From the NCBI GenBank assembly GCA_963751455.1, contig CAVVUN010000008.1:96001-160000 (forward strand): a DNA stretch of 64,000 nucleotides. The letters are read 5' to 3'. The notes beneath the pieces were generated by a model that saw nothing but the letters and a program-made list of their open reading frames with translations, searched no databases and had not been told where the DNA came from. Positions 19,948-30,004 of this stretch are shown here, piece after piece; positions within the stretch are counted from its first letter, which is position 1; every line of letters begins with the position of its first letter. The DNA comes from Nitrospirota bacterium. GTDB lineage: Bacteria > Nitrospirota > UBA9217. Made by a program: the position numbers and the translations under genes.

Positions 19948-20301
19948 TTACTCCCGCTCCTTTAAGTAGCTGAGGGCGTCCTCTTCATCTTTAAAAACCT
20001 TGACGTGTTCTATAAGGCCCACCATCTCAAAAACCTCCCGGTGGATTTTCTTCATGTTGGTAAAGCAAAGCAGTCCGTCATGGTCACGGGTCTTCTGGAT
20101 AATGCCGGTGAAAATAGAGACGCCGATCGTGTTGATGAACTGAACATCCGTAAAGTTTACGACGAGTTTTTTGAGGCCCTTCCCGAGGAACTGCTCGCTC
20201 GTCTGCTCCAGGCGTTCGGCCCCGAGGTCGTTGATATACCCTTTCGGCGTCATGACGGCTACTGTATCTTCTGACTTCATCGTTAAGGAAAAATTACTCA
20301 C
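19948..20301 (-). CDS. STAS domain (SpoIIAA/RsbV-like) protein
   Basis: 117 aa; KGYIN, VVNFTDVQFINTIGVS (Thr at the phosphoacceptor position), REVFEMVGL. Confidence 0.9.
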   Translation of the reverse strand: MSNFSLTMKSEDTVAVMTPKGYINDLGAERLEQTSEQFLGKGLKKLVVNFTDVQFINTIGVSIFTGIIQKTRDHDGLLCFTNMKKIHREVFEMVGLIEHVKVFKDEEDALSYLKERE

Positions 20302-21964
20302 GGTTTTCTGTACTCTCCTTTTGAGCTCCGGCTTTTTTCGCCGTGCTTTTGATAAGGACGGTTTTCGTTCCTCTTCTCGTCTTTTCGAACCTGACCTCGT
20401 CCACGAAGCGCTTCATTAATTTTATGCCCCAGCCCCTGCCAGGGGCTTTCGAAAGTTTTCTGCCTTCGAACGGCTCCCCTGTCTCCTGCACCACGAATTC
20501 CTGGCCTGAGCTTTCAACGGACACCTCGATGCGGTCAGAGCCCACCGCGAACACGACGTAGAGATTGCCGTCGGCGCCTCTGCCGTGTTCTGCGGCATTG
20601 ATGCACGCTTCGATGACCGCTATCTGCATTTGTCCAATGATATCGCGGTCCACATGCAGGTTTTTCCCTATCTGATCGAGACACTGCGCAGCCACCAGCT
20701 CAACTTCCTTGTTCATGGGAAGGGTCATCTCGAAGCGGGCTGCCCCCTCTTCTTCCGGAAAAATCCTGGTGAGCAGTTCCTGCTCGAGCACGTCCGCGTG
20801 AACTCCTTCTATCTCCTTACGGTAAAGAAAATCAATGACGTCCCGAAGAACATTGTTTTCGACCGGCCTGAACACCCCGAACTCACCCTTGATAACACCG
20901 GCCAGATACAGGCCGTATGGTATGGCTTCCGCCTGCCCGTCCGTCAGCCCGACGGTTTTCGCGAGCTGTTCGCCCGATAGAGCTTCCCTCGCATGAAATA
21001 TTCTATGGGCCGTAATAAGTGCGGATCTTCTCGAACCGAGCTGCGGGAAAAACCTTTTGAGAGTCGACGACCATCGATGCGAAAGGCTCCCGTCCGCAAT
21101 TTGGGCGCAGTATGCGTTCCGGTAATCCTGCTCGTTCGGGATCTCCTTCGCGCAGACATTTCTGACAACAGATGCCAGGTAAAGGGGATTGCCTGCAAGA
21201 TACCCGAGAAGGTCTGCGGGAAAAGCACCTTCCGCGTCCCGGACACCGAGAAGCGCGCGGACGTTCGAAGAGCAATCCTCGGGCTCGAGCGGCCGAAGCG
21301 ATATTCTCTCGAGAGCGGACGAAACCTGCATTTCGAATATCTCGCTGGCGTTTCCCGCAAGTATGTGCGGTGTTTTGCCGAACGACATCGGCGCTTCGAA
21401 AAGGCAGCCTGCGCGGGAACCGGGCTCGTCGCCCGCCAGGATCTCCCTCAGCAGGTGAAAGTCGTCGAGCAGCACCGCAACGGGCATCCCGGTCATGAGT
21501 GCGGATTGCTGCGGGGCGCAGACCGCGATGCGCAGAGCCGACACCGGATCTCCCGTGCTCTTTCGATACCGGTCGAGAATATCGCGTGCCCAGTCGGCCC
21601 CCCGTTCTTCTATGACCGCCGACACGGACTCTAGAGAAGCTCCGTCGAGAGAGAGGAGTGACTGCTCCTTGCGTTCAAAAGCGATTCGATGAGAAAGATA
21701 GCGGGCCAGATAGTCCCGGGAAAAAGCAAGCGGCGACGCCATGGCGGGATTTACCGCATAATAAAAAGGCACGATATGGTCCTGTTTCCAGAACAGATGG
21801 CAGAAGAGCTGTTTGAGCAATTCGGTCTTTCCGATGCCGGCCGGACCGGAAAGAACCGCGCTGGAAGAACGGCCATGGATCGCCTGCTGAATCCGGGAGA
21901 ACAGAACGGACAATTCTTCCGCTCTCCCAAAAAAATCGGACTCCTTGACGGTGCTGAATGACAT
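20294..21964 (-). CDS. STAND-like P-loop ATPase fused to a C-terminal RsbW/SpoIIAB-type HATPase_c kinase
   Basis: FFGRAEEL, Walker A GPAGIGKT, Walker B VLLDDFH, GNPLYL (GxP), wHTH-like segment; C-terminal AVIEACINAAEHG (N-box) and GRGWGIKLMKRFVDEV (G2-box). Confidence 0.85.
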   Translation of the reverse strand: MSFSTVKESDFFGRAEELSVLFSRIQQAIHGRSSSAVLSGPAGIGKTELLKQLFCHLFWKQDHIVPFYYAVNPAMASPLAFSRDYLARYLSHRIAFERKEQSLLSLDGASLESVSAVIEERGADWARDILDRYRKSTGDPVSALRIAVCAPQQSALMTGMPVAVLLDDFHLLREILAGDEPGSRAGCLFEAPMSFGKTPHILAGNASEIFEMQVSSALERISLRPLEPEDCSSNVRALLGVRDAEGAFPADLLGYLAGNPLYLASVVRNVCAKEIPNEQDYRNAYCAQIADGSLSHRWSSTLKRFFPQLGSRRSALITAHRIFHAREALSGEQLAKTVGLTDGQAEAIPYGLYLAGVIKGEFGVFRPVENNVLRDVIDFLYRKEIEGVHADVLEQELLTRIFPEEEGAARFEMTLPMNKEVELVAAQCLDQIGKNLHVDRDIIGQMQIAVIEACINAAEHGRGADGNLYVVFAVGSDRIEVSVESSGQEFVVQETGEPFEGRKLSKAPGRGWGIKLMKRFVDEVRFEKTRRGTKTVLIKSTAKKAGAQKESTENRE

Positions 21965-21965
21965 G

Positions 21966-23984
21966 CTACGAAAACACCTCTACCCTGTTTTTCCCCTTGT
22001 TTTTGGCCCGGTACAGCGCCTTGTCCGCATTCTCAAGCAGCAGCTCAAGCGTTTCACCATGCTGCGGATAGCATACGATTCCGATACTGGTAGAGAGGGC
22101 GCAGTGTGCAGACGCCGACGACTCCCGGGACAGCACCACTTTCTCCTGGACACTGCTCCTTACTCGTTCAGCGATATCCGAAGCTGTTACCTGGCCGGTT
22201 TCGGGCAGGATGATCATGAATTCATCCCCGCCGTAACGGGCAACCACATCCATGGACCGTACCGCGTTCAAGAGAGCTTCCGCTACAACAATGAGCGTCT
22301 GGTCGCCGAAAAGATGGCCGCGCGTATCATTGCAGTATTTGAAGCCGTCAAGATCGACCATAAGCAGACACATCTCGTGGTTGTGCCGTTTCGACCGGGC
22401 CAGCTCGTCTTTCAACCGCTCGTAAAGATACCTGCGGTTGAGAAGGCCGGTAAGCGGATCGGTTATGGTCAGTTTCTTGAGTTCCTCGTTTTTGTTATAA
22501 AATCCGTTTCGTTCCATGACGATCGCAGCCTGGGTGGCGATCGACTGGATCAGCGTGAGATCTTCTTCCGTGAACGCCTCACCGTCATCCTTGTCCGCAA
22601 GGTTCAGCACCCCGATTGTGCGGTCTTTGATCTTGAGCGGCACGCTCACAAACGACCGGGTCTTGTACTGCTTCCTGTTTTTTTGCCTGGTTCTCGGGTC
22701 GTTCTCGACGTTCGTGACGAGCAGGGGTTCGCCCAGCTCCGCGACTTTCCCCGCGATTCCCTCCCCGCGGTTGATCCTCCATTCTCTGGATACGCTGTCG
22801 GCTATTCCCTTCTTTGCTTTAATCAGCAGAACGTCGGTTTCACGGTCGAACACCATAAGCGACGCCTGCTCCGCCTTGAGCAGTTCCGCGGACTTGTCCA
22901 GAATAATGGTAAGCAGCTCCTTGTCGTTCTGGATGCCTGTTATCGCCTTGGTAAGATCGGATATCGCTGCAAACCGGTTCAGTTTATCGGACAGATCATG
23001 ATGGAGTCGATGGTTTTCTATTGAAAGGGCGGTCTGCCTGCAAAACCGTGTGATGATATCGGCGTCGCTTTCCTTCAGTACACGGTCCTCGATCCGCACA
23101 ATGGCATCGATTTTGTTATTTACCATGATGGGGAAAAAATATAATGCTCCCATTCCAACCAGGAAATCCGCTCCGGGGTCGGTAACCGGTTCGGCGGAAA
23201 GCACGAATGGTTTTCCTTCATACAGTTCGCGCACGATCTCGTCGTTACTGCTGATTCTCAGCATCTCCGTCTGCCTTCCATGCTTGGAAAGCGCGTACCG
23301 GCTCGCATAGACGCCCTGCTCCCGGTCGAACGTAAGGACGGCAACCCCTTCAATGTCAAGCAATGTCGAGATTTTACTGATAGTGTCACGGTACACAATG
23401 TCAGGCTGCTCATCGGTCCCGGTCCTGCCCGTACTGAAGACGCTTTTCAGGCTTTCAAACTTTCTCCTCAGCGTAACCGCTTCCTGGGTGTTTTTCAAAA
23501 GACGGTTGACGGATTGCGCTACGAAATCCCGGATTTTCCATGCATTGCGCGGATCGGTGAAAGCAAGCGGCATCCGCAGCAAGGCGGGATCTCCATCGAG
23601 TGAACTGATCCGGCTCATGCAATCGCGAAAATCGTCATACGATGCGAACGATCCACGGCCGAAAATCACCGCTTTTTCGCCCATATAGTTTATAGGGAGG
23701 GTAAAACAAACGATCTTTACGTGGCATTTGAAGAGGCTGGGCTTGCCTGAAGCGATAGTCCTCTTTATGATCGGTCGGCAGTAGTTTTCGCAATGAACTT
23801 CCAATTGCGAAGAGACGGAACGAAAAAGCCTGCACAGCGGTTCGGCTCCTTCGGGTACAAACACCTCGTTTCCGGCGGCATCACAGATAGTGAGACTAAA
23901 GCCCATGGCATCGTAAAGCGTTTCGAAAAGGTCTTGCCATTTCTCGCTCGTGAACAAATCCTTGAGGTTCTCTCTGGTGTTCAC
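21966..23984 (-). CDS. Diguanylate cyclase with a PocR-like sensor and two GAF domains
   Basis: Cys-containing PocR-like N-terminus, two GAFs, TDPLTGLLNRR, RSMD I-site, ARYGGDEF. Confidence 0.92.
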   Translation of the reverse strand: MNTRENLKDLFTSEKWQDLFETLYDAMGFSLTICDAAGNEVFVPEGAEPLCRLFRSVSSQLEVHCENYCRPIIKRTIASGKPSLFKCHVKIVCFTLPINYMGEKAVIFGRGSFASYDDFRDCMSRISSLDGDPALLRMPLAFTDPRNAWKIRDFVAQSVNRLLKNTQEAVTLRRKFESLKSVFSTGRTGTDEQPDIVYRDTISKISTLLDIEGVAVLTFDREQGVYASRYALSKHGRQTEMLRISSNDEIVRELYEGKPFVLSAEPVTDPGADFLVGMGALYFFPIMVNNKIDAIVRIEDRVLKESDADIITRFCRQTALSIENHRLHHDLSDKLNRFAAISDLTKAITGIQNDKELLTIILDKSAELLKAEQASLMVFDRETDVLLIKAKKGIADSVSREWRINRGEGIAGKVAELGEPLLVTNVENDPRTRQKNRKQYKTRSFVSVPLKIKDRTIGVLNLADKDDGEAFTEEDLTLIQSIATQAAIVMERNGFYNKNEELKKLTITDPLTGLLNRRYLYERLKDELARSKRHNHEMCLLMVDLDGFKYCNDTRGHLFGDQTLIVVAEALLNAVRSMDVVARYGGDEFMIILPETGQVTASDIAERVRSSVQEKVVLSRESSASAHCALSTSIGIVCYPQHGETLELLLENADKALYRAKNKGKNRVEVFS

Positions 23985-24385
23985 CTTACACTATGCCTCC
24001 GGAGGGATCGTAAAAAATTTTGTAAAACGGGTATTGCCGGACTGAAAAATCTGGTTCTGAAAAAAAATGAAAGAAAAAAATCTCAAATAACGATCTTGGG
24101 GGCGCATCTGAACGCCCGTCTACAAGCAATATCTGAATGCGGACATGCCGCCTATTTCTTTTCTTTAAGAGGAGTGAACGGATGGGTATTCGAAAAAAGA
24201 AATTAACACAAGCAGGACCGGCCGTCAAGATATTTTGTCTTTGTCGGTGCGGAAACAGCGGTTTTGGCGTGAGAAGTGCAATTTATTGATTGAAACTGAT
24301 AAGGAGCGATAATTTTCGCACGGCGCGATCGCGGAGCGTGCCGCAGAAATCCCGGAAGCCCGGGACCTCTCCCTTCGTTCGCTGG

Positions 24386-24451
24386 CAGGCTGTTGCTTTA
24401 TCCGTTCAGGTTGAGCGTGCGAACCACTCAAAACACTTTTTCAACAGCCTG
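24386..24451. mobile_element. Small MITE-like element with CAGGCTGTTG...CAACAGCCTG ends
   Basis: 10-bp terminal inverted repeat. The right end abuts TTA, which is the TAA stop of the CpXC gene. The same end type occurs at 62864-62875 next to the pal stop. Confidence 0.5.
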
Positions 24452-25321
24452 TTAGGATCGCTCGGAAGCATTCCGGTTTTTCTGAAGTTTTCCGCTGGGC
24501 GAGAGGCTTTTCGTATCGGAATTGACAGGACCTGAATCAACGATGCCGAGCTTCCACGTATAGACGTTCCCGCACATGGAGCAGGATACCCCGGAAAGCG
24601 CTTCCCCGCAGCCGGGGCAATAGATGACATAGCGGGGCGAGAGAAAATTCTTATGGGGCGCGAAGGGTATCGGCCGGTCGCAGCATTTGAATTCCGAGGT
24701 AAGATCGGCGCCGCAGATACAGCGTTGGTTCGACGGCCAGGGAGACATGTCCTCCAGTTTATAGATCGCCTGCCCGAGAAGTTCGACCAGTTCATCATTG
24801 CTTGCGTCCCCGAAAAATGATTCAGTCAGCTTCTCGCGTATGTCGATCATGAGCGGATCTTCCTTCAGGAACTGAAGGATTTTCCGGAGCCGCTGCTCTC
24901 CCGTGCCGATCCTTGAAAGGGCCTGCAGGTTTTTATTCACCTTATAGTGCTCCTGCAGATAAATGAGCATCCATATCTGCGTCATGTCGTAGAAAAATTC
25001 AAGCACCGGATAGTAGCCGTACTTTTCCCTGATACCCTGTTCTACCTCGCCGCGCTTTTCAGGTATACGCGGAAATACGGCAACGAGAAGCCCTTCTTCA
25101 AAATCTTCATAGAGAAACGGAGACCCGGAGAAATGCGTGCATCCGCAGGAGGTGCATTCCAGGATATTAAACTCCCATTTGAGGAGCGCGCGCTTTACCT
25201 GCGGAGCGCGGGACACGTCGACCCAGGTCACGATTTTTGCCTGGAAGTCCCTTTCGCAGTGTCCGCACTGAAAGGTCTCGACGCTGTAGGCTTCAGCCTG
25301 GTTGTTCTTCAGGTTTACCAT
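24452..25321 (-). CDS. CpXC-domain protein with C-terminal zinc ribbons
   Basis: CGHC...CTSCG...PFLYED (CpXC pattern); C-terminal CICG, CC, CPGCG, CSMCG. Confidence 0.75.
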   Translation of the reverse strand: MVNLKNNQAEAYSVETFQCGHCERDFQAKIVTWVDVSRAPQVKRALLKWEFNILECTSCGCTHFSGSPFLYEDFEEGLLVAVFPRIPEKRGEVEQGIREKYGYYPVLEFFYDMTQIWMLIYLQEHYKVNKNLQALSRIGTGEQRLRKILQFLKEDPLMIDIREKLTESFFGDASNDELVELLGQAIYKLEDMSPWPSNQRCICGADLTSEFKCCDRPIPFAPHKNFLSPRYVIYCPGCGEALSGVSCSMCGNVYTWKLGIVDSGPVNSDTKSLSPSGKLQKNRNASERS

Positions 25322-25439
25322 GCTTTATTATACACTATTTTTTGAAACATACTTTGAAAAATAATTTGCATTTATGGTAATATGTTTCGCGATTATATAC
25401 CAGTGTTTCATCGTTTTACTTTCGGGAAAGGAGTAATCA

Positions 25440-27698
25440 ATGCCGACCAAAGAGGATAAGTTTTTAACGACCGCGCTCCATTCCGAGGTCGAAAGCCGCT
25501 TCCTTACGTACGCGCTTTCAACGATCGTCTCCCGCTCGCTGCCTGACGTGCGGGACGGACTGAAGCCGGTCCACCGCAGGATACTCTACGCAATGTGGGA
25601 GATGGGGCTCGGTCCCACCGCAAAATTCAGAAAAAGCGCTGCGGTGGTCGGCGAGGTCCTCGGCAAATTTCATCCTCACGGCGACCAGGCGGCCTACGAT
25701 GCGATGGTCCGCATGGCGCAGCATTTTTCCCTGAGGTATCCGCTGGTCGAGGGTTCAGGCAATTTCGGCAGTCTCGATGGAGACCCGGCCGCGGCCATGC
25801 GCTACACCGAGGCGCGACTCTCGAAGATCGCTGAAGAGCTGTTGTTTGAAATTGACAGGGACACCGTTGCGTTCCGGCCCAACTATGACAACTCCCTGAA
25901 GGAACCGGTCGTCCTGCCTGCTCGCTTTCCCCAGCTGCTCGTGAACGGCACTTCCGGCATTGCGGTCGGAATGAGTTGTTCCTTTCCGCCGCATAATATC
26001 GGCGAGGTCGTCGACGCGCTCGCAGCCTTGATCGACAATTCAAACATTGAGGTAAAGGAGCTTCTGAAATTCCTCAAAGGACCGGACTTCCCGACCGGAG
26101 GCCAGATTCTCAACTCCAAAAAGGAGCTCAGGGAAATTTACCAGGCCGGGTCGGGCTCGATAAGGATACGCGGCGAATATACGCTGGAGGACCTGCCGCG
26201 CGGCAGACAGGCAATCGTATTCAGCACGATCCCCTATATGGTGAACAAGGCAAAACTCCTGGAAAAGCTGATCGGCCTTCTCGAAGAGAAAAAGTTGCCT
26301 CAGGTTTCCGCAATCCGGGATGAATCCACCGATATAGTCCGGGTGGTGCTGGAGCTCAAAGCCGAGACAAACGCCGAGCTCGTCACTGCATACCTCTTTA
26401 AGCACACCGACCTCGAATCCAATTTCCCCATGAACTTCACGGCGCTCAAGCCGAACATGGAGCCGGAGCGCCTCTCGCTCAAGGACCTGATGAGGTATTT
26501 CCTCGACTTCAGACGCGAGGTTGTGGTCAAGAGGCTCAATTTCGATTTGCGGATCTTAAAGGCACGGCTCCATATACTGAAGGCATTCGAGGTTCTGTAT
26601 AATGACCTCGATACGGCGATCAAGATCATCCGCAAGGCGCAGTCCCGGGAAGACGCGTCCGTAAAACTCAAGAAACACTTCAAACTCGACGATGAACAGG
26701 TCAGGGCCATCCTCGAGATACAGCTCTATAAACTCGTCGGTCTTGAAATCGACCGCATACTTAAGGAAAAGGCGGAAAAAACAAAGCTTAAAAAAGATAT
26801 CGAAACGATCCTCGCAAGCGAGAAAAAGATCTGGGCGCTGATCCGGACGGAGCTCCTCGAAATCAAGGAAAACTACGGTGACAAACGGAAGTCCGTGATG
26901 AAGGCAGCCGAAGACGTCGAGTTCACACAGGAAGATTTTATCGTCCATGAGGATGTTACCGTCATCCTGACAAAAATGGGATGGATCAGGCGGGTGAAGA
27001 CCGTCGGAGAGAACCTGCGGTTCAAAGAAGGCGACGAGCTGCTCGCGCTGCTGCCTGCCAATACCAGGGACAATATCGCCGTCTTCTCCTCCGCCGGCAA
27101 GGTCTATGTTATGAAGGCCCATGATGTGCCGTCCAGCTCCGGTTTCGGCGAACCCGTCCAGCACCTGTTCAAGTTCGGGGACGGCGAGCGGCCGATCACG
27201 ACGATGAACTTGTCAACGGTAATGGCCGGGCCACGATCAGACGGGGACCAGGTAAAACAGGCCGAACTCGCGCTTGCCCCCCGAGAGGTAACGACAATAA
27301 CCGTTTCCGCAAAAGGCGTGGGATTCAAATTCGACCTCGGACAGTTCAATTCGGTAACAACCAGAGCGGGAAAGAAGTTTGCCGGAGTCAAAGCCGGTGA
27401 CTCGATCATGGGCGTGGACGTTCTCGACCTGCCGAACGTGTTGTTCATTACGACCGAGGGCAAGGCGGTGGTCGTCGCGTCCAAAGAGATACCTCTCCTG
27501 ACCGGCGCCGGCAAGGGCGTAAAACTGGTCAATGTGAAAAACGGCGAAGTCGCCCTGTTCAGGGCAGTGCGGAAAAACGAACAGGTGAAGGTCATCGACG
27601 ACAAGGGCAAAGAGAAGGTGATCGACCTCAAGAACTACGGCGTCATGACCCGCGGATCGGTCGGGCTGAAGGCGGTTAAGGCGGTCAAATTCGTGTAA
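25440..27698 (+). CDS. parC: Type IIA topoisomerase subunit A, ParC-like (no GyrA box)
   Basis: [22 protein letters not shown], catalytic [10 protein letters not shown]; shortened beta-pinwheel CTD lacking QxRGGKG. Confidence 0.8.
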   Translation: MPTKEDKFLTTALHSEVESRFLTYALSTIVSRSLPDVRDGLKPVHRRILYAMWEMGLGPTAKFRKSAAVVGEVLGKFHPHGDQAAYDAMVRMAQHFSLRYPLVEGSGNFGSLDGDPAAAMRYTEARLSKIAEELLFEIDRDTVAFRPNYDNSLKEPVVLPARFPQLLVNGTSGIAVGMSCSFPPHNIGEVVDALAALIDNSNIEVKELLKFLKGPDFPTGGQILNSKKELREIYQAGSGSIRIRGEYTLEDLPRGRQAIVFSTIPYMVNKAKLLEKLIGLLEEKKLPQVSAIRDESTDIVRVVLELKAETNAELVTAYLFKHTDLESNFPMNFTALKPNMEPERLSLKDLMRYFLDFRREVVVKRLNFDLRILKARLHILKAFEVLYNDLDTAIKIIRKAQSREDASVKLKKHFKLDDEQVRAILEIQLYKLVGLEIDRILKEKAEKTKLKKDIETILASEKKIWALIRTELLEIKENYGDKRKSVMKAAEDVEFTQEDFIVHEDVTVILTKMGWIRRVKTVGENLRFKEGDELLALLPANTRDNIAVFSSAGKVYVMKAHDVPSSSGFGEPVQHLFKFGDGERPITTMNLSTVMAGPRSDGDQVKQAELALAPREVTTITVSAKGVGFKFDLGQFNSVTTRAGKKFAGVKAGDSIMGVDVLDLPNVLFITTEGKAVVVASKEIPLLTGAGKGVKLVNVKNGEVALFRAVRKNEQVKVIDDKGKEKVIDLKNYGVMTRGSVGLKAVKAVKFV

Positions 27699-27711
27699 AT
27701 AAACCCAATAC

Positions 27712-28105
27712 GACCACGAAGGCATGGCCTGTATTCAAGCCAGGCACTGCTTAGACCCTTTGCCGACCATCGCACCGAGAACGCCCTGCACTCGCGCTAC
27801 GCACTCGTATGCGCTGGGTGCAAGTCGTGCGACGGGAATCAAGGGGCTCATAATCACCGGCCACAGGCGTAGGCATGAAAAATCGAATGTCAGTGTTTGA
27901 TTCAGCCGTTTTTGGTACTGATTCGCTTAGTGACTCCGTTCTCCGTCGTGAATTGTTTTGTGGCTCCGGCTGCCTCAGTGGTAAATGGTTTTTGGGTCTT
28001 AAATATTCCTCCGTGAACTCTGTGGTTATTTTTTTTTGACAACTGCGGAAACTGCATGTGTGTGTACCTTGGCTTCGCTTTCTCTCTGTGTCTCCGTGGT
28101 GAATT
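27712..28105. repeat. Cluster of nested palindromic and periodic repeat elements
   Basis: TTAGACCCTTTG...CAAGGGGCTCATAA inverted pair encloses a REP-like copy at 27785-27824; orphan periodic arms at about 27922-27953, 28008-28028 and 28080-28105. Confidence 0.6.
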
Positions 28106-28155
28106 ATTTGACTGTTTTTTCAGTACACCCTAAGGTATAATTACCAGAGATTACT

Positions 28156-29964
28156 ATGGCGTTTACCGGCGATTTAGAACATCTTCATATAGTAGACATT
28201 ATCCAGTTGGTCCACACAACGCGGAAGTCGGGCATTTTTTCCGTTAAGGGGAGCAAAGGGGAGAGCAGAATTGTTTTCAGCAGCGGATATATTGTCAGTG
28301 CAAATCATCTTAACAGCAGCGTCCGCATAGGGACCGTTCTCGTAAAGACGGGCGCCATAACAATTGACGATCTCAAGCAGGCATTGGACGCCACGAAGGG
28401 TGCCGTTAAGAACCGTAGACCGCTGATGGCAGCTCTCATTGAGATGGGCAAGCTGAAAAGGGACGACGCTCTAAGAGGATTCAAAAAGCTGGTCGAGATA
28501 ACAATCGTTGAGCTGATGAGCTGGACTAAGGGTACCTTTACTTTCGATACCGATATGATGCCTGGCTCTTCCGAAGAAGAGGCTTCTTATGGCGACACGG
28601 AGCAGGATGTGGGAGTTGATGCCCAGATGGTTTTGATGGATGCACTTCGTATCTTTGACGAGCGGGAACGCGACCGCGCGGCCGGAAAAGAGGTTCCGTC
28701 CTTTGAGGCAGTCTACGCCGATGTCCTTCCGGGAGAAGACACCGGTGAAATAAAAGGTAAACGTTCGACAGTTACAGCGGATGATCTGGGGCTTGCCGAT
28801 ATCGATCGCCTTGAGAAGAGAATACCCCGGCCTGTTTCCGAAATGGAAATCTTTAGTCCACTCGAAATCCATCGCCAGAAAATAAAGGAAATACTCGCGG
28901 GTTTTTCTTTCGAAGAGCAGGAGGCATTTGTTTCTTTTTTGAGGAAATTCGTGGATCGCAAGGCTGTGCCCGAAGCTGCGGCGAAGCAGGCGGGCAAAGC
29001 CGTCGTCATTTTCAGCAATGATAAGCTGATCAGGCATACAGTTATGTCCATAGGTAAAGCAGAAGGAATACCCGTATTTGTAACAGACGACGAAAAGGAC
29101 CTCGAAAAGATTGTTTCGCAGTGTCTCTCTACCATGAGAATGCCTATGGTTGTTTTTGACAGTCCCGGGACCACGGAGGGCGGGTTTCCCGAGGAAACAA
29201 TCGTCAGCCTGCGGAAACGGTTAAGGGAAAAGTACTCTGCGGTTCCAGTCTTTCAACTCGCCCCTTCTGAGGAGAGTAATTTCATCCTTCAATCATATAA
29301 TGACGGCGTCAGGGCCGTTCTTCCGAAGCCGTTGAAAGAAGCCCGAAGACAAACGTACGTTCAGGATACCATACAGTTTCTCGATACCTTCAACTCGTAC
29401 ATCAAACGTTTTCAGTCTCGAATCGATGACACCGGCACGCAGGTGAAAAAATTAAAAGACGACATCACAGCGCTTCGCGGGCTCGCCAACCTTTCTGATG
29501 CGCCGCTTGTGATTCTCGCAGCTGTCGCTGAAATGTTCGAGCGTGCTGTTACGTTTCTCGTAAGTCCCTCGGAATTGATCGGCGAAAGGGCCATAGGAGT
29601 GAGTTCCCCAAAAAGCATGGGCCCGACTGCGGCAGATACGCTCAAGATACCGCTATCAAAACCTTCGGTTTTCCGGGATGTGCTCGAAAAAGCGCAGGCT
29701 TATTATGGGGAGAGCAGCGATGAAGCGCTAGGAGAACTCTTTAACAAAATCGGCAAGCCTCTCAGTCAGTCTGTTCTCCTGCTGCCCTTGATAATCGAGC
29801 GAAAGGTCGTGGCAATCGTATACGGCGATTTCGGGAAAGAAGAGGCATCCCCCGTGCTGCTCGATACGCTTGAGATACTTGCTCAGCAGGTCGGCATTGC
29901 GCTTGAATATGAGCTTTTCCGGAGACAGACGGCGAAACGCGGCTCAAAAATCGTAGAAATGTGA
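28156..29964 (+). CDS. DUF4388 (PATAN-like) protein with an MshEN-like motif, degenerate receiver-like region and C-terminal GAF-like domain
   Basis: MAFTGDLEHLHIVDIIQLV..TRKSG, W..GTFTF, RIGTVLVKTGAITIDDLKQAL; C-terminal LLPLIIERKVVAIVYGD. Confidence 0.75.
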   Translation: MAFTGDLEHLHIVDIIQLVHTTRKSGIFSVKGSKGESRIVFSSGYIVSANHLNSSVRIGTVLVKTGAITIDDLKQALDATKGAVKNRRPLMAALIEMGKLKRDDALRGFKKLVEITIVELMSWTKGTFTFDTDMMPGSSEEEASYGDTEQDVGVDAQMVLMDALRIFDERERDRAAGKEVPSFEAVYADVLPGEDTGEIKGKRSTVTADDLGLADIDRLEKRIPRPVSEMEIFSPLEIHRQKIKEILAGFSFEEQEAFVSFLRKFVDRKAVPEAAAKQAGKAVVIFSNDKLIRHTVMSIGKAEGIPVFVTDDEKDLEKIVSQCLSTMRMPMVVFDSPGTTEGGFPEETIVSLRKRLREKYSAVPVFQLAPSEESNFILQSYNDGVRAVLPKPLKEARRQTYVQDTIQFLDTFNSYIKRFQSRIDDTGTQVKKLKDDITALRGLANLSDAPLVILAAVAEMFERAVTFLVSPSELIGERAIGVSSPKSMGPTAADTLKIPLSKPSVFRDVLEKAQAYYGESSDEALGELFNKIGKPLSQSVLLLPLIIERKVVAIVYGDFGKEEASPVLLDTLEILAQQVGIALEYELFRRQTAKRGSKIVEM

Positions 29965-30004
29965 TATGTCTTAAGTTTAAAAAATCCGGAGGTATAAGGG
30001 CGCC

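Noticed and set aside
20294-21964. Avs-type antiviral STAND defence protein
   Set aside because: No nuclease, TIR, SIR2 or protease effector and no TPR sensor; the context is a c-di-GMP signalling operon.
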